Positions 13,228-27,323 of a DNA stretch of 64,000 nucleotides are shown one piece after another. A program made the translations under genes and the position numbers. Below the pieces are notes generated by a model. The model saw only the letters and a list, made by a program, of their open reading frames with translations. It was not told the DNA's origin and did not search any database. Origin of the DNA: Catajapyx aquilonaris (taxonomy: Eukaryota); NCBI GenBank assembly GCA_000934665.2, contig KZ538456.1, positions 1 through 64,000 on the forward strand, given 5' to 3'. How positions within the stretch are numbered: the first letter of the stretch is position 1; every line of letters begins with the position of its first letter.

Positions 13228-14063
13228 AAAATATGATTTTGTGACCTGTAACTTTGCGATAGTATGAACGGTATGAATATAGCTCATCACACTGCGCAAT
13301 GATTTAAAAAATACCAATTTTTTTGAAGCATTAAAAAAAACACATTCCGAGTAAATAGGCAGGCAGGATTGAAGGGAAGCTGAGAAAGAAACCAAGGTGG
13401 TGGATGCCTCACATTATTGCTATTTCTCTCACGTTCCATCACCCCTGGGTAGGTGATACACAGTCACATACTGAAGAGCCGGCCGAGACACGCTCTTGAG
13501 CCCCAGGAAAAATTATGATCCTATCTGGAGGACTGAAAGTACCCAACCTTTGCCTATCCGTTTGCACACAGGCCATCCGACTGTAATATCCTTCCCACCT
13601 CACCTTTCCCTGACAAACAATAAAAGTAATCCCCAACCTACACCGTACTATTCCGTCTGCCTTTTCCCATCAACCAGCAGGAAAAAAACCCCATAAGATT
13701 CGGCTGACCCGTAATTGTCGATCATTTATTTATCTCTTATCAGCCAGGCACGCCTGGTTCCACGCAACCCGCATTGCTCGTGTTGTGGGTTGCGTCGCAC
13801 AGGATAATACTGCTCATAATGATACAATATATAGGCCTATATATTTTATTTATTTTACCCCATTGGCCATTGGGAGAATCAGCGTACCATTAGGGGGGGG
13901 GGGGGGGGNTTTTACCCCATTGGCCATTGGGAGAATCAGCGTACCATTAGGGGGGGGGGGGATTGGAATACCACCATTTTACCACTCAAAATTATTTCTG
14001 AAACTTTCGCACGTGGCATGGATGGGGCCAAGAAGGAAGGAAGCGGCTGTGGCCTATTATACG

Positions 14064-14595
14064 TAGGGCTGTGCGATACTTCGATACATCGACTGTCGAT
14101 ATTAATAATAAATAATTCATACCCCGTTATCAGCCGGCGGCTCTTTAGGGGGGATATATTTTTTTGACTGGAACTCTTCGGTTCGTTTTTACTGCGCGCT
14201 TTTTGGGATAGGATAGGAAAGGAAGGAGGCGGCTGTGGCCTATTAGTTTAGGAAACAACTCCGGAATTCTCCTGGAGGAACCGTGGGAAACCACAGAAAA
14301 CCACGGTTAAAGTTGCCGGCACCGGCCGGGATTCGAACCCAGGACCTCCCGATTAGCAGTCGATCACCTCCGCCACCACTGCTTCGGTTGACTGTCGATA
14401 TTATATTTTCCTAATATCGAAGTTGCGATATCCGACGCTTGGCATGTGCGATGTATCGAATATCGCGATGTCGGTTTTCGATATTTTGCGATGTCGGTTC
14501 GATTTTCGATTTTCGATATTTCGATATATCGACTTCGATTAGATATTTTTAAATATCGAAAGTCGATATGCAATTTCGGATATCGCACAGCCCTA
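14064..14595. mobile_element. hAT-type MITE
   Basis: TIR TAGGGCTGTGCGATA / TATCGCACAGCCCTA; 8-bp TSD ATTATACG (14056-14063, 14596-14603); many TCGATA/TATCGA subterminal repeats. Confidence 0.85.
14105..14389 (-). mobile_element. tRNA-derived SINE (inner element of nest)
   Basis: B box GGTTCGAATCC on - strand; similar to the outer SINE; 14-bp TSD GACTGTCGATATTA (14091-14104, 14390-14403). Confidence 0.85.
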
Positions 14596-15099
14596 ATTAT
14601 ACGGAAGCGACCCCGGAATTATCCTGGGGGGGACCATGGAAAACCACAGAAAACCACACTCAGGATCGCCAGCCCCGGGAATCGAACTCAGAACCTCCCG
14701 ATTAGCAGTCGGACTCCTTAACCCACTACACTAACCTGCTTCGGTAAATGACACAATATATTTTTAAATATAAAAACCAATGTGCGTTCTGGTTTTATCA
14801 ACTATAAAAACATGATTTTGCACACGCCTAAAACTCTGGCATTAACTTTGATGATAAGATAATATTGAACATACTTTGCAAAGACCGTCTACTTATCATC
14901 AGCAAGCAACGATACCTAGACCCAATATTGTTTCAATCATATTCCCTCAAGGTTGTATATATTCAACTCCGCATGTCTGCTGCTCAAAGACGCAGAAAAA
15001 AACATGGTTGCAATTAACCACAAAATATTGACAGCCAAAAACAAGGCCACCTTTTTCAACCTCAAGTGAACGTCGTTGACCTAATTATCACAAAGTTTG

Positions 15100-15576
15100 A
15101 AAGTGGCGGCATCTATGCACCTCTGCGCCATTGTGCCCCTATTCATATTGAGCCATAACCTTGGCTGCACTAGTGGGCGGTGCGTGACACTCAAACTGGC
15201 AACAGCGCATGACGTCACATATTGCGAATTCTCTCTGCTGCTGTCCTCCAGTCTTCCTCTTCCAGAAGAAGACTAGGGTTGCCACTATATGGACACAGTT
15301 GACATCTCTGTTCGATTGCGGGGGCGGATAGGTTTGTTGTAATTCCAAGCTTGATGCGATTTGTGGTGTTGGTCGAAGGGAAGTCGGTCCAAGTTGGTCT
15401 TCCGCTCCTGCGCGTTGCTCGACCGTGCAGCTCGAAAAAAAAAGAGGAAAAAAAGTGCAGTTGCAGTCATCTTGTGGACTGTCACCCGTATGTTGGTGGT
15501 GAATCTAGTGGAAGAGTGGCGCAAATGAGGCCTGACGTTGGTGGAGTTTTGCAGACGACGGTGTGCATCACATGAG
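15100..15576 (+). promoter_or_regulatory. Candidate promoter / first non-coding exon of TMEM184B
   Basis: Locally CpG-richer block ending in donor GAG|GTATGT at ~15576; linkage to TMEM184B is inferred. Confidence 0.3.
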
Positions 15577-16925
15577 GTATGTTGCAGGATGTGTGGGGGC
15601 ACTGTAGAGGATAAGTGACGGGGGTTAGGAATCACACTTGAGTGACTGTGGTTTTATTGTTGCTGCTTGACTAATGGGGACACTTGTTTTGGCTGCGACA
15701 CATGGGCGTGACATGCAGATGGGTTTGGCAGCTGCATGGTTACCGTTTGGAGTGTTGGTATGGCAGAATGTACGGTGACAGTGTGCTGTGTATAGTCCAG
15801 ACACGGATTACTGAAGTATGGGGGAGTACAGTGAAGCGGTTTTATTTATGCAAAAGGGCAGTGATCTGCATTGCGCTCACATCTGGTGCATTCCGAATAT
15901 CACAAAGCACGTATGGTAGTCGACCGGTTACTTGTAGATGTCAAGGCATATGTTTGGCCAGTGCTTTGGAAATTGTAAAGTGGAACGATTGATTGATTCA
16001 GAAATCTTGGTATTGATGTGCAGGGCTACTTCCCTATGGTAATGCTGTTGCAAAGTTATTGATTTTTAAAGGTATTGGCACAAATGATTTCTTCAGCCAT
16101 TCAGTCCGCAAGGTAAACTACATAAGCCCAAAGTTAAGCAGTCTGTTTTATTTGATAATTCATGAAAAATTGATATATGAAGGCCATTGTAAAAGCAATT
16201 TCAACCTGCTATTATTACTGTGGGCATTGGCATGTACGAAGAGTGTAATGACTGAATCACATTATTCACATATGGTGTTGCACAACAGCCACCTGCTTAA
16301 GGCCAAGTGAGTGCCATGGGAAACAATCTCCACAATCAGATAACTTACTGCAACATCCAACGCACAATTTTATTTCAATGTTGGAAATAAGTCTGTGTCA
16401 CAGCATTTAGATAAAGGTGTACAATGGCCTGACTTTTAATACTGCAGAAGGGCTTATGCATTATACTGTGCAATCCTTACAGATTATAATATCATGCGAC
16501 CTCTAGAATTCTACTTCACAATGGGACATCACTTATGCCATACGTGAATTCTTGAAGTGGAGTTCAGATGTACTGTTTTGTTAATCAACTCATGTGATGT
16601 TACTTTTGACATTTCTTTATGAATAGTTTTAGAACTCAATAGTTGTTGCAGTGAGGGACAGTAACCAGTCACATGATACTAATTTCAACGTCAGTAAGGT
16701 TTATCAAATGTAAGTTTAGTTTTAAAAATAGCTTTGCAAACTGTTATTTACTATGCTGACAACTGCATTGCATATGGGAGTTGTGCCTCTGACAGGAGAA
16801 GTACAGTACATTTGGTGACTCCCCTGCTTTTGATTCAAATGTAGTGTACATAGAAGCTCAAGCTGTACTAACTCCTGCAATGCAGAAGTTTTACTTCTAA
16901 AATGTCCCTGGGCCTCCCTTGGGCT

Positions 16926-17066
16926 TACATATCGAGGCAACCGCCAGCAACATTTTCCGAAGCGACAGAAGAAGGAATCTTCCTCACCCATGCTTGAAGT
17001 ATGCTTATCTTCGATTCCTTCTTCTGCCGCTTCGGAAAATGTCGCTGGCGGTTGCCTCGATATATG
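16926..17066. mobile_element. Palindromic MITE
   Basis: ~54-bp arms ATATCGAGGCAACCGCCAGC...GAAGAAGGAATC and their reverse complement. Confidence 0.7.
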
Positions 17067-18077
17067 ACCAGAACTGTACTATAGAGGACAATAAAATTTG
17101 TGATGTTTTTGAAGCGAAATTCAAGATCATCTCAAAAATTCCATCCCATCTACATCCCTCTGCAAATGGGCTCTTTCTCAACTTTTGCCGTGATCTGGTC
17201 ACCAATGCTTCAGATTTGGAAATGTGCTAGGTGACATCAGCAACCATTTTTACTACCGTGTATGCATAATCTTTTTTGCTGTTATTGTCCTTCAGTTTCA
17301 GACCTTGGATTATTTTAGGAAGGATATGATTGTAAAACTTGATCACACATTAGTGGTGTTCCTGTCTACCAGGTCATGCACAAGTTATGAATGAACCCAT
17401 TTTTGGAGGTACATGTGAAAAACTGGGATGTTCTTTAGAGCTGTTTTAGACACAAATGATCCACTATATTGGATGAAGCACCACCTGGTCTTTCTTGCTA
17501 GCTAGGTTTGCCTCAAAAGTAGGGATGTGACCTACCTCACGAATAGACGAAGTTGGCCACATGTGTATCCCAAATAGCTTCAGAACGCTGAAAGGAGTAG
17601 GTACTTGAAACGCAAATTTGGAAAAATTTCCTACTCCATGAAAAGCACTTAGTAGACTATAAACGTTTAAAATTGTGTGGGCTAGCCTGTAAGTGCAGGG
17701 GCTCATTCTTGAAGTAAGAGGGAAATTATACATCTTTGGGATCAATACATCTTTGCACCTTGGGAAAGCTGCTTGGTGGGGTGCCCCATTCATCAGATGG
17801 AGTGTGGGTTGACAGATGATGCAGGCCATTGCGGCAAGGGCCATCTAATATTCTTTGTTATCTCCAAAAATAGTGTTGTCGCAGCATATGACAAGAGCAT
17901 TGCAGAGCAAGACCTTTTTTTGGCAGGTTAAATATTTTGAGTTGGTAACACTTTTTGGAAAGCTCTGCTTGTAGCTTAGGCCTTTGGAACTTTTTCTTTA
18001 CACATTGTAAATCGTCTGAGCACCTGGATGGCATTGGAGAATCAGACAATACTTGCGAGATCTCAAACCTGAGCTGA

Positions 18078-18295
18078 TGTACTATCGGACGCAAAAAGAA
18101 TGTCCGGGGAGAGTCTTCGTTCAGCCTGGTGGAGGCAAACCATTGCGCAGATGTGTACACACACACTTGTGTGTACGTCCGTGCTTATCTGCTGAGCTTT
18201 TTCCCTCCTCCCTCAGCTACCCAGGTGCAATGGTTTGCCTCCACCAGGCTGAACGAAGACTCTCCCCGGACATTCTTTTTGCGTGCCTATGTACA
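18078..18295. mobile_element. Palindromic hairpin element, GTACTAT-end group
   Basis: Perfect ~58-bp inverted core ACGCAAAAAGAATGTCCGGGGAGAGTC...AAACCATTGC; GTAC at both ends. Confidence 0.75.
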
Positions 18296-18315
18296 CTACT
18301 GGAAAAAACTGCCTT

Positions 18316-18425
18316 GTACTATATTGCTCAAAAACAGAGAGACGATTTTGCATTTGACTCAAGTACAGCCTGCACTTGAATCAAATGAAAATCATCGTCT
18401 CTTATGTTTTTGAGCGATATAGTAC
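18316..18425. mobile_element. Palindromic hairpin element, GTACTAT-end group (copy 1 of a 3-copy family)
   Basis: GTACTATATTGCTCAAAAA...TTTTTGAGCGATATAGTAC; homologous to 22114 and 26569. Confidence 0.8.
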
Positions 18426-18919
18426 CCTGCCAGGCAGAGCCAGTGTGGGTGCAGGTGAAACATGCATGAGCACCAGTTCATTCATTGCATGTTTCCACCT
18501 GCCCTTGCTTGGCACTGGTCATTAATATTTTTTGCTGCGAATGACAAACTGACATTAAGTTTTGACCTGGTTTTGATGAGTTGCTATGAAACATGTTATA
18601 ATCTGATGCATCATTTTCATATCACAAGGTAGGATTTCAAACAGACCCTTAGATAAGGTTGGTTGTATTGCAGCAACAGTTAAAAATGGCATGTAACCTT
18701 CACTGCTTAATATGACAGTTGTGTATGATCAATGACTCACAGTGCTGGGAAAACTGCTGAAATTGAACCTAGTTTCATTCTGTATTTGTGTCAGTGCATT
18801 TTATGATATGTTTCATATTAAAATGTATACTATAGGATTGATAAAGAGCTTCTTATTCCCTCCCATCACACCAAGGGTGGAAGGGGTGGGGTAGAATGAA
18901 TCACATAAGTAAATGATAA

Positions 18920-19072
<153 letters not shown>

Positions 19073-20317
19073 TAAATTGAGGCATTTCATCAACTGTTGA
19101 CTTTTGAGAGCATGGTACAACTACTGACCAACTGATCTTACATTATCATTCGACTATCACTAAGCAGCCAAGTTATTCATAGACCTTAATATTTTCAGAG
19201 TAGTTAGTTGACACACAGACGTTAGGTTTTGATAACGTAGCATATTTTTATCCATTTAACCCAGGGTGTTCCAATTGAAGTGTCAATTTTGGTTAGTGGT
19301 TTTGAGGCACTGCACTGACTGCATATTTCAAGCAGTTATTTTTGAATAGTTTTCGTAGTTATCAAAAGTATTAACTGTTGATATTAGGTTTGGATCTATC
19401 TTGAAAAAAAACCAACTGACAAGGGTCATTCCTGTAAATATTGATGTGCTATGCGTAGTTGTTTCAACATGCCATTCCCAGTCTAAAATTCATTGTAATT
19501 CATATTTGGATAGATATTCAGTTTGGCCTAATATTAGCAGCCATCCCTTTTGATAACTACTAAAAGTAATTAACTTCAAAGAAACAGCTGGAAAAAAAAC
19601 AGCTTAGTTACAACATTTTAAAATACTAGTGCCTCGTCACTTCATAATGATATTGTTATTGGGAGGAAATGGGGGACAAAACACCATTTCTCTCTCCCTC
19701 CCTCTTGCCCTCCCCCACCCTCCCTTCCTCTTCTTCTCTCTTCTCAAGAACACCTACACACATGAGGAGACAACTCATGCAGTGCTACACTTATGAAATC
19801 ATGAAGGATTACTGGGCATTACATAATGTGATAATAATCAAAATAAGATTAAATTTGACAAGCACAAGAGAGCTCACATGAACTAATTTGATTTATTTTG
19901 CTGTTGTTGCTATGAAGTGCAGACTTCTTTTTTTTTCTTACAATATTATTGATTGGTGACTTTCTAAGTTGGAGTAGGATACTGATGAATTATAAGATGT
20001 ATTGTTAGAATTTTCAGAGGTGTATCAATTTGGTAGTAGGTGAAGGTTCAGCTTATAATTAATTGCATCAATGGGGATGACACGTTGGCGGTAGCCAGAG
20101 GGAAGGAGGGAGGAAATGTGACTAGTAATTGTAACTTGTGAGTAATTTGAACACTGTCACATTCAGCTGAATTATATCAGCAGGCTGAGTCGTAGTGAAA
20201 AGAGTACCCACAAACAGTTTTAACCTAGTGGAATTGTTCATTTGAAAATTTCCATCCGCTTGGTGAGTAGCCAATACTAAACTATGTAGTGTTACAGTAA
20301 TGTTAAATTATTCTATT

Positions 20318-20810
20318 CTTCTTCCCTGCCGGTTGCCCCGCTTCGCGGGGCAACCGGCCTGCGAAAAAGGAGTAGTGGGTTATCGCTACGCTCCCAATGT
20401 TAATTTGCCGACTTCATAACTCGCGATCGGGTTAATCAATTTCAAATCGGAAACAAGATTTACACTCCGCTAACTCCAGTAACCAGCTTTAGATAGATTA
20501 ACAACAACTAGGGTCATTACCAGTGTCACTAGCCAGGGTCAAAGTTCAAAAATGTGTCGTTACTTCGACAAGGGTACAGCCAAACCGGTGCGTCATAGAG
20601 GGTCATACAATGTGTCATTAGAACCGCAATGTTCCCAGGAAGTTCCCTTCTGCCTACCTTTTTTTGAGAAACACCTTTTCTTTTTGAGTTACGAGGCGAT
20701 TTCGATAGTGTCAGTTTTGTGGCTCTCGCTCTCTTTCTGTACCACAGAAAAATCCATCATGACCCATGTACTCGTCTGAGAGTCGATGCGGAGAGGCTCT
20801 TAATAATAAT
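20318..20810. mobile_element. Probable rolling-circle-type (Helitron/Helentron-like) non-autonomous repeat
   Basis: Perfect 14-bp GC stem-loop GCCGGTTGCCCCGC-TTC-GCGGGGCAACCGGC at 20328-20358 opening a CpG-richer block; boundaries and class are inferred. Confidence 0.35.
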
Positions 20811-20866
20811 TAAAATACCTAAAATATCTTTACATTACTTTATTCTGATGATGAAAAGAATTAAAT

Positions 20867-21221
20867 AAAAATAGGCAGTAAAACTGCCGAAAACTATTCT
20901 TCCTCTGGGTGAGATTAAAAGTAAGAAACAAGTCCATAGGTGGGGGTTGGTTTGTGTCATAGGGATGTGTGATAATTAAATTTAATTCAAAACATTCGTG
21001 CTTTGGGGCTGGGAAGAATTAGGCAGAGTATGATAGTCGGAGGAGTACATAAAAGTGATATCTGCCTAATTCTTCCCAGGCCCAAAGCACGAATGTTTTG
21101 AATTCAATTTAATTATCACACATCCCCATGACACGATCCAACCCCCACCTATGGACTTGTTTCTTACTTTTAATCTCACCCAGAGGAAGAATAGTTTTCG
21201 GCAGTTTTACTGCCTATTTTT
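20867..21221. repeat. Long foldback (arms ~160 bp, 33-bp spacer)
   Basis: 20867-21027 is the near-perfect reverse complement of 21061-21221. Confidence 0.9.
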
Positions 21222-21288
21222 TGCCTACATTCCTTGAGGTCCATGTTATTAGCACAAGTTTATATGGGCACTTCACTATTTTTATACG

Positions 21289-21460
21289 CATGGTGTGGTA
21301 ACCCTACCTCATGTGTAGTTTGGTGGCTCAACACACACTCTTATGGAGTAAGGACCTGGGTTCAATTCCCAGCAGGGGCATGGCAGCATTTGTTTCATAT
21401 TTTATGTCCGTAATCATGAGGGCAATCATGTTGGCATGACGATGTAAACTTTAAAACCAC
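21289..21460 (+). mobile_element. Degenerate tRNA-derived SINE
   Basis: B-box-like GGGTTCAATTCCC at ~21358-21370. Confidence 0.35.
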
Positions 21461-21599
21461 ACCAGCAAAGCGTGCTTTTTATACCTATGTTTGCAAATAA
21501 CTCATTATTATGCACAACTGGGGTTGAGGATCTCACTGTACATTTGCATACTCTGAATAGACTTCAACTTGTAATCTTGATTGTCATATTGTCAGTCTC

Positions 21600-22000
21600 T
21601 TTGATATTGTTTTCATTCTCATTGGTGTTATTTTCCATGGTGCAGTGATAAATGAATAACGTTCTAGTTGAATTGGACATAGGAAGTCTCTGTTTATTGT
21701 TACGGAATTGGAAAAGGGATGACAGGGCAAGAGCATATGTAATTTGAAGGCCACTCGGAAAGTTATCAACCTGAGTATGGAGTGAGCTGTAGCATGTTTG
21801 GCTGTACAGGCATAATGTCAGAAGTGATTGGATGAGGCAAGCCTGAGTGGCAGCATTTATTTGAATCTGTGAGTGAAGATGACTGAAGTGAAGTAATTGA
21901 AGGATCAAGTTGTGATCAGAGGGCATGATCCACAAAGGATAGCCATATGTAATAGGGGGGATCAAGAGTTTTGTTGTAAGTGATGTGTGATAGTGTTAAT
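21600..22000 (-). pseudogene. Decayed LINE reverse-transcriptase C-terminal fragment
   Basis: - strand reads PPITYGYPLW (cf. RPxLEYxxxxW) with later SF...PW-like remnants; frameshifted. Confidence 0.35.
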
Positions 22001-22113
22001 TGCAGAATACAATAATGCCCAAAATACAGCTGTGCAATTGGAATAATGTGAAATAATAATCGTGTTACAAATTTAGTTCAACACACAAGAAGTAATTGTT
22101 GATGTAATACCAT

Positions 22114-22219
22114 GTACTATATTGCTCAAAAACATAGAGCCTATTTTGCATTTGATTCAAGTGCAGGGTGCACTTGAGTCAAACACAAAATCGTCTTATG
22201 TTTTTGAGCGATATAGTAG
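22114..22219. mobile_element. Palindromic hairpin element, GTACTAT-end group (copy 2)
   Basis: GTACTATATTGCTCAAAAAC...GTTTTTGAGCGATATAGTA. Confidence 0.8.
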
Positions 22220-23316
22220 CTTCAGTGTTCTTTTGAGCTGAAAATGAGTTATGCACATTGCCCAACAGAGTTAACAATTTATATCTCTTGATAAGTCCCA
22301 TGTATTAACTATATCCTCTTCTGGATGGTGCATTGCAACTTGTGTAGGAAAAGAACTATTTTTTGTCCTCATAGAAAATCATGTTTTTGGTATGAGAATG
22401 GTGTTACATCTGCAACAATGATGTATGAAAATTTGTCAAGTGAGGATCTGTGTGGTGTTTGTGATGTAAGTGGCTTGGGATGCTATTTCTAATACCCTAA
22501 AGCAAAGGTTTGTTATTCATGTTTGGAATTTATTACCCACATTGATTGCTGGGGTTTGTTGCCTGTTAATATTGCAGGATCACTTGAGTATTACTGTATT
22601 ACTTAACAGATGGTGACAGGGCATGCATAATGAGGTTGATTGTGGATAGTACCTGGGGATTGCAAGCATTTTGATTTGATTTTCACGATTTATATCCTTA
22701 ACATTTGTGGGATATATTTACACAAATTTTAATCTCAATACTGCATCTACAGAAAATACAGAACTAATTTTTAGACTGGATCTTAGATGATTTCACTGTG
22801 CGTATGTGATTCGGAATAGTTGTAATACGCATTAAACTTACTGTCATTGTTCCCAGTCTTGGTTAAAATACATTGCCATAATGAGTAACAGTTCTAATAA
22901 TTGTATTGCAAATCTTATCTAAGGTTTGGCAAAGCCATACTTTATCACGAAGGCCTTCAGTTTCAGTGTTTAAATTCCAAGTTAGAATATTTTTGCCTTG
23001 CCGTTGTCTTCAAAACGAAAAATGCAGGAAAGGGAATGTGCTAGAGACGTGCCAAATTTATTGGATTGTGGGTTACTGCTCCCTGCCTGAGGCAATGCCT
23101 GGATTATGTTAGGACTTGTGCCAAGTGGATAAAAATGTGTTGTCCTTGGCAGTGTGCGAGATTTTTTTTTTGCATGCTTCCTGTACCATGGGGCAAAGTG
23201 CAAGAAGGGGGAAAAAAGCCCCCTTGAATTTGGCATTTGCTTTGGCTAACAACAATGTAAATGGGTAGACAACTTTACTTCTTTTCATTGCAGACTTGAA
23301 GACGACTGGCAGAAGC

Positions 23317-23580
23317 ATGAGTAGCCCTACTACACCCTTGTCCCCTGCATTGAGTGGCGTCAGCAGTGGCAGTGACCCTTCCCCTACTACAGCCCATCTC
23401 CTGGGGGAAAGCCTGCCCTTTGCTGCCGCCACCATGCTTCCCAATGGGTCTGTACTGTCCACAAATGGCCTGGGCCCAGACATGTCCGCCTCCATACCAG
23501 CCCATTTTCTGCAGTCGGCCGCAGCACAGGGCATTGCAGGTGCCTTTGTCTGGAGTGCCCTCCTCATCACCTGCCATCAG
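23317..23580 (+). CDS. TMEM184B: Transmembrane protein 184B, coding exon 1 of 6
   Basis: Acceptor TTGCAG ending 23293, ATG 23317; FLQSAAAQGIAGAFVWSALLITCHQ; phase-0 donor at 23581. Confidence 0.88.
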
Positions 23581-23622
23581 GTACTCATTATTTCTGATCT
23601 ATTAGGAGTTAATAAGGTCTGA

Positions 23623-23826
<204 letters not shown>

Positions 23827-25087
23827 TAGGAACAAGGACCTTTAAGCAAGATGGTAGTTTTATAAGCAAATCTTGAATAATGTTGAATCTGTAAAAACAC
23901 TTGTAATTATGTGATGAACATTTCGCACTCTGCATGGTGGTGGAAAAGGTGCACATTTTTTCTCAAATTGAGATTCCTTTTGAATTGTAAGATGAAATTG
24001 ATTGGAGTTAATTGGAAATTTCATCCCCATCTTGGATATTGTTAATTTTCATAATATTACCGAAGTCATTTGGAAGTAAGGTAATAATCTGCTGGTTAGA
24101 TCATCTGGCTATCATAAATGTTAGTCATGTGATCTGACCAACAGGACATTACCTATTCTTGGGTGATATCATGAGAAACCTGTATGAAGAGTGGTGGGAA
24201 AGATGCTTATGTCACCTTGATTAGGGTCACTTGCAATATTCTAAGCTGAAATTACCCTAGTTGATTTTGGCGATTTGGAACTAAGGAGATAATGGCATCT
24301 TAAGGTTATGTATGCAATGGGTTTCATCCTCTTCATCATGTGACCCATCTAGGAAGGGGAGTTGGCATGACGGGCAGAATGACTTATGTTTTTCCTATTA
24401 ATTGTCTTAGAAGTGAAATAGATGGGAAACAACCTGAGTTTCACTCTTGCTTCTGATATTCTTAGCTACAACCACATACCACTGAAAATTTCTTGGGTGT
24501 AAAGTGTTCAAAGAATTCTCCCAGAAAACCTGCATCACAACATCATGGCACATACCATTAGTTAATAGTGCACATAATTGTCATGCAGATTAAGGCACTT
24601 ACATAATGGGACTAGCATTAGGATGCCTCACTCATGATGCTTAAAACTAAGCATTCAGCTTGTCAATCAGCTGTATTGAATCTCTGGGTTACTACTGAGA
24701 CACCTGCCTGCTAAAGAGTTGGAAAGAAGCAGTAATGTTTCTTGATGGTGCATGATTGATGTATGACCTGTATTGCCTTTGAAGACACACTGTATGCAAT
24801 GACACTTGGATTTTCCATATCATACCAGACATTCAGCCTTACAGTGGTAGCATGCAGCATGTCTTCAAAGGCAAAGAAAGTTAACCAGACACTGCCATGG
24901 AGGAAAACCATGGCACTTTTCCCCACTGGAAGACACTTTTGCAATGACTTGGGAATGACCAACAGCCAAAAGCTGTCATGCAGGTCTGGCTAAGAGATTT
25001 GGTGGCTGAAGTTTCCATTGAGCCACACAAAAGCTTATCCCAGAGTGAGGCCAGTGCCTTAATCTAGAATTCAGATGGAACACACTA

Positions 25088-25640
25088 CAGTAAAACTTCT
25101 GTAAGTCTAATCTCCATTCGAGTTATAGAAGATTCGAGTTAGAGAAGTTTGGAATTTTTTAAGCACAGAACTCAATAAAGGAAGCCTACCTTTATATCCA
25201 GCGACGGAAGGTGTTAAAAACTTTAAAATAACTGTCACTATCACACTTACAATGTTCCTCTTTGTTTTGGTGTAAAAAGATCTCCGTTATGGACATTTGC
25301 CTACTCTTAAATTCAAGGATTCAATTGTCACAATTCAGTCAAACACTTCTTTCCGTACGTCTGATAGACGGAGATCAGGAAATTGAGCCTTTCTGTACAT
25401 GGGGCCTACTCAAGACCCTTCGGCTGGGAAATGAGAAAATTTTTCGTACTCGCCAACATGAACTTCGACTTAGGGAGACTGAAAGTGCATTGATATTCCA
25501 TCGTAAGGCCCTGCCAACACTTCGAGTTATGGAGAAATTCGAGTTAGGGAAGTTTATTTCCTATTATTTTACATTGTGACCAACCAAGCTCATCATTTTC
25601 TTCGACTTAGGGAAGTTCGACTTATGGAAGTTTTACTCTG
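25088..25640. mobile_element. pogo/Tigger-like MITE in a TMEM184B intron
   Basis: TA|CAGTAAAACTTC ... GAAGTTTTACTCTG|TA; repeated TTCGA(G/C)TTA subterminal motifs. Confidence 0.65.
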
Positions 25641-25661
25641 TATATACTTTTAAAAAGGTAG

Positions 25662-26242
<581 letters not shown>

Positions 26243-26568
26243 TAATTTTCAGATTGAGTTTGCAGATGTGTCTTGATTGATGTGTTGTGGTGGGGTGGGG
26301 GATTGTGAGAAAAATTCCACTTCAAATATGCCCTGTATTGTCCCCAATTATCCAGCTTGTAGGAGGGCGTGGTGTTGGCTAGTGAACTACTACATGTGCC
26401 CCCCCCCCCCCCCCNNNNNCCCCCCCCGGCAATTATATTTTTCTATGTGGAAGAGGATTGACACAATGCAACACTTCATTGTCATGGATTCCCGACCTAC
26501 ACATCATACCCAACACTTCCACAATTTAGAATGTAATTGACTGGAGAGAGGTGCTTCAGTTTAGAAAT

Positions 26569-26655
26569 GTACTATATCGCTCAAAAAGATGGGAGACGAT
26601 TTTGCATTGAAACCAAATGCACAATCGTCTCCATTTTTTTTTAGCGATATAGTAC
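26569..26655. mobile_element. Palindromic hairpin element, GTACTAT-end group (copy 3)
   Basis: GTACTATATCGCTCAAAAA...TAGCGATATAGTAC. Confidence 0.75.
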
Positions 26656-26888
26656 AGGACAGTGTGCTGTGTCTGCCTGGAACTTTTACATGGTTTGCTG
26701 CCCTATGATTTTATACCTATTACAAGAAAGCACCTTTCACAAAAGTGTAACTTATAATGAGAAAGCTGTGATGTGTGTGTGCAACCCACTGGTAATCAGA
26801 ATCCATGTGTTTGAGCAAAAAGTAGGCTGCCATTTCATGCACAAAAGAAGTTGAAAGGGCATGATGATGATATGATTTGAATGTGATT

Positions 26889-27323
26889 TTTTCTTTTCGT
26901 CTTAAAAAAAAAACCCAGTGAATCCGTGATAGGGCCCGAAGCCCTCTTAGGGGTGAAGGGTAGGTTCCCAAGGGAGTGCGCTGTAATTATAGTCATTTCT
27001 GACAATGCACCAGACCTTTTCTCCTGGCCCTGGGTAGAGTAGGGAGTGCAATTCGGTGGTTCCTGTGGCAGCCGTAGCGAATGCGCCCCCTCAAAAAATC
27101 AATACTTCCCGACCGGACTGCCTTTCGGACGCAGCCACTGCCCCGAGCCACCAGTCGCCCCCCGCACGCGAGTAAGGACTAATGCTTCCCAATTCTCCCC
27201 CGGCATGTCGGGTGAAAAGCGGAAAAAGACCCAGCCAAGCAGAGGTGATGGGGACGGGATTTGAACCCCGGCCTCCCGCTTGGCTGGCCAGCGGCATAAC
27301 CAGCAGACCACCATGCCTCCCCC
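26889..27323 (-). mobile_element. tRNA-derived SINE
   Basis: - strand A box TGGTCTGCTGG and B box GGTTCAAATCC; A-rich tail; TSD ATTTGAATG(T/G)GATT at 26875-26888 and 27324-27337. Confidence 0.8.

Larger units (their letters stand above)
13833..14745 (-). mobile_element. tRNA-derived SINE (outer element of nest), interrupted by an hAT MITE
   Basis: Head on - strand with GACTGCTAATCGGGAGGTTCTGAGTTCGATTCCC (B-box-like); TSD AATGA(T/C)ACAATATAT at 13818-13832 and 14747-14761. Confidence 0.75.

Noticed and set aside
13853..13961. Exact tandem duplication around poly-G and an N
   Set aside because: Likely a scaffolding artefact at a homopolymer gap.
14400..14590. Dense TCGATA/TATCGA motifs as a DRE promoter cluster or CRISPR-like array
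   Set aside because: They lie inside an hAT MITE as irregular subterminal repeats with no repeat-spacer periodicity.
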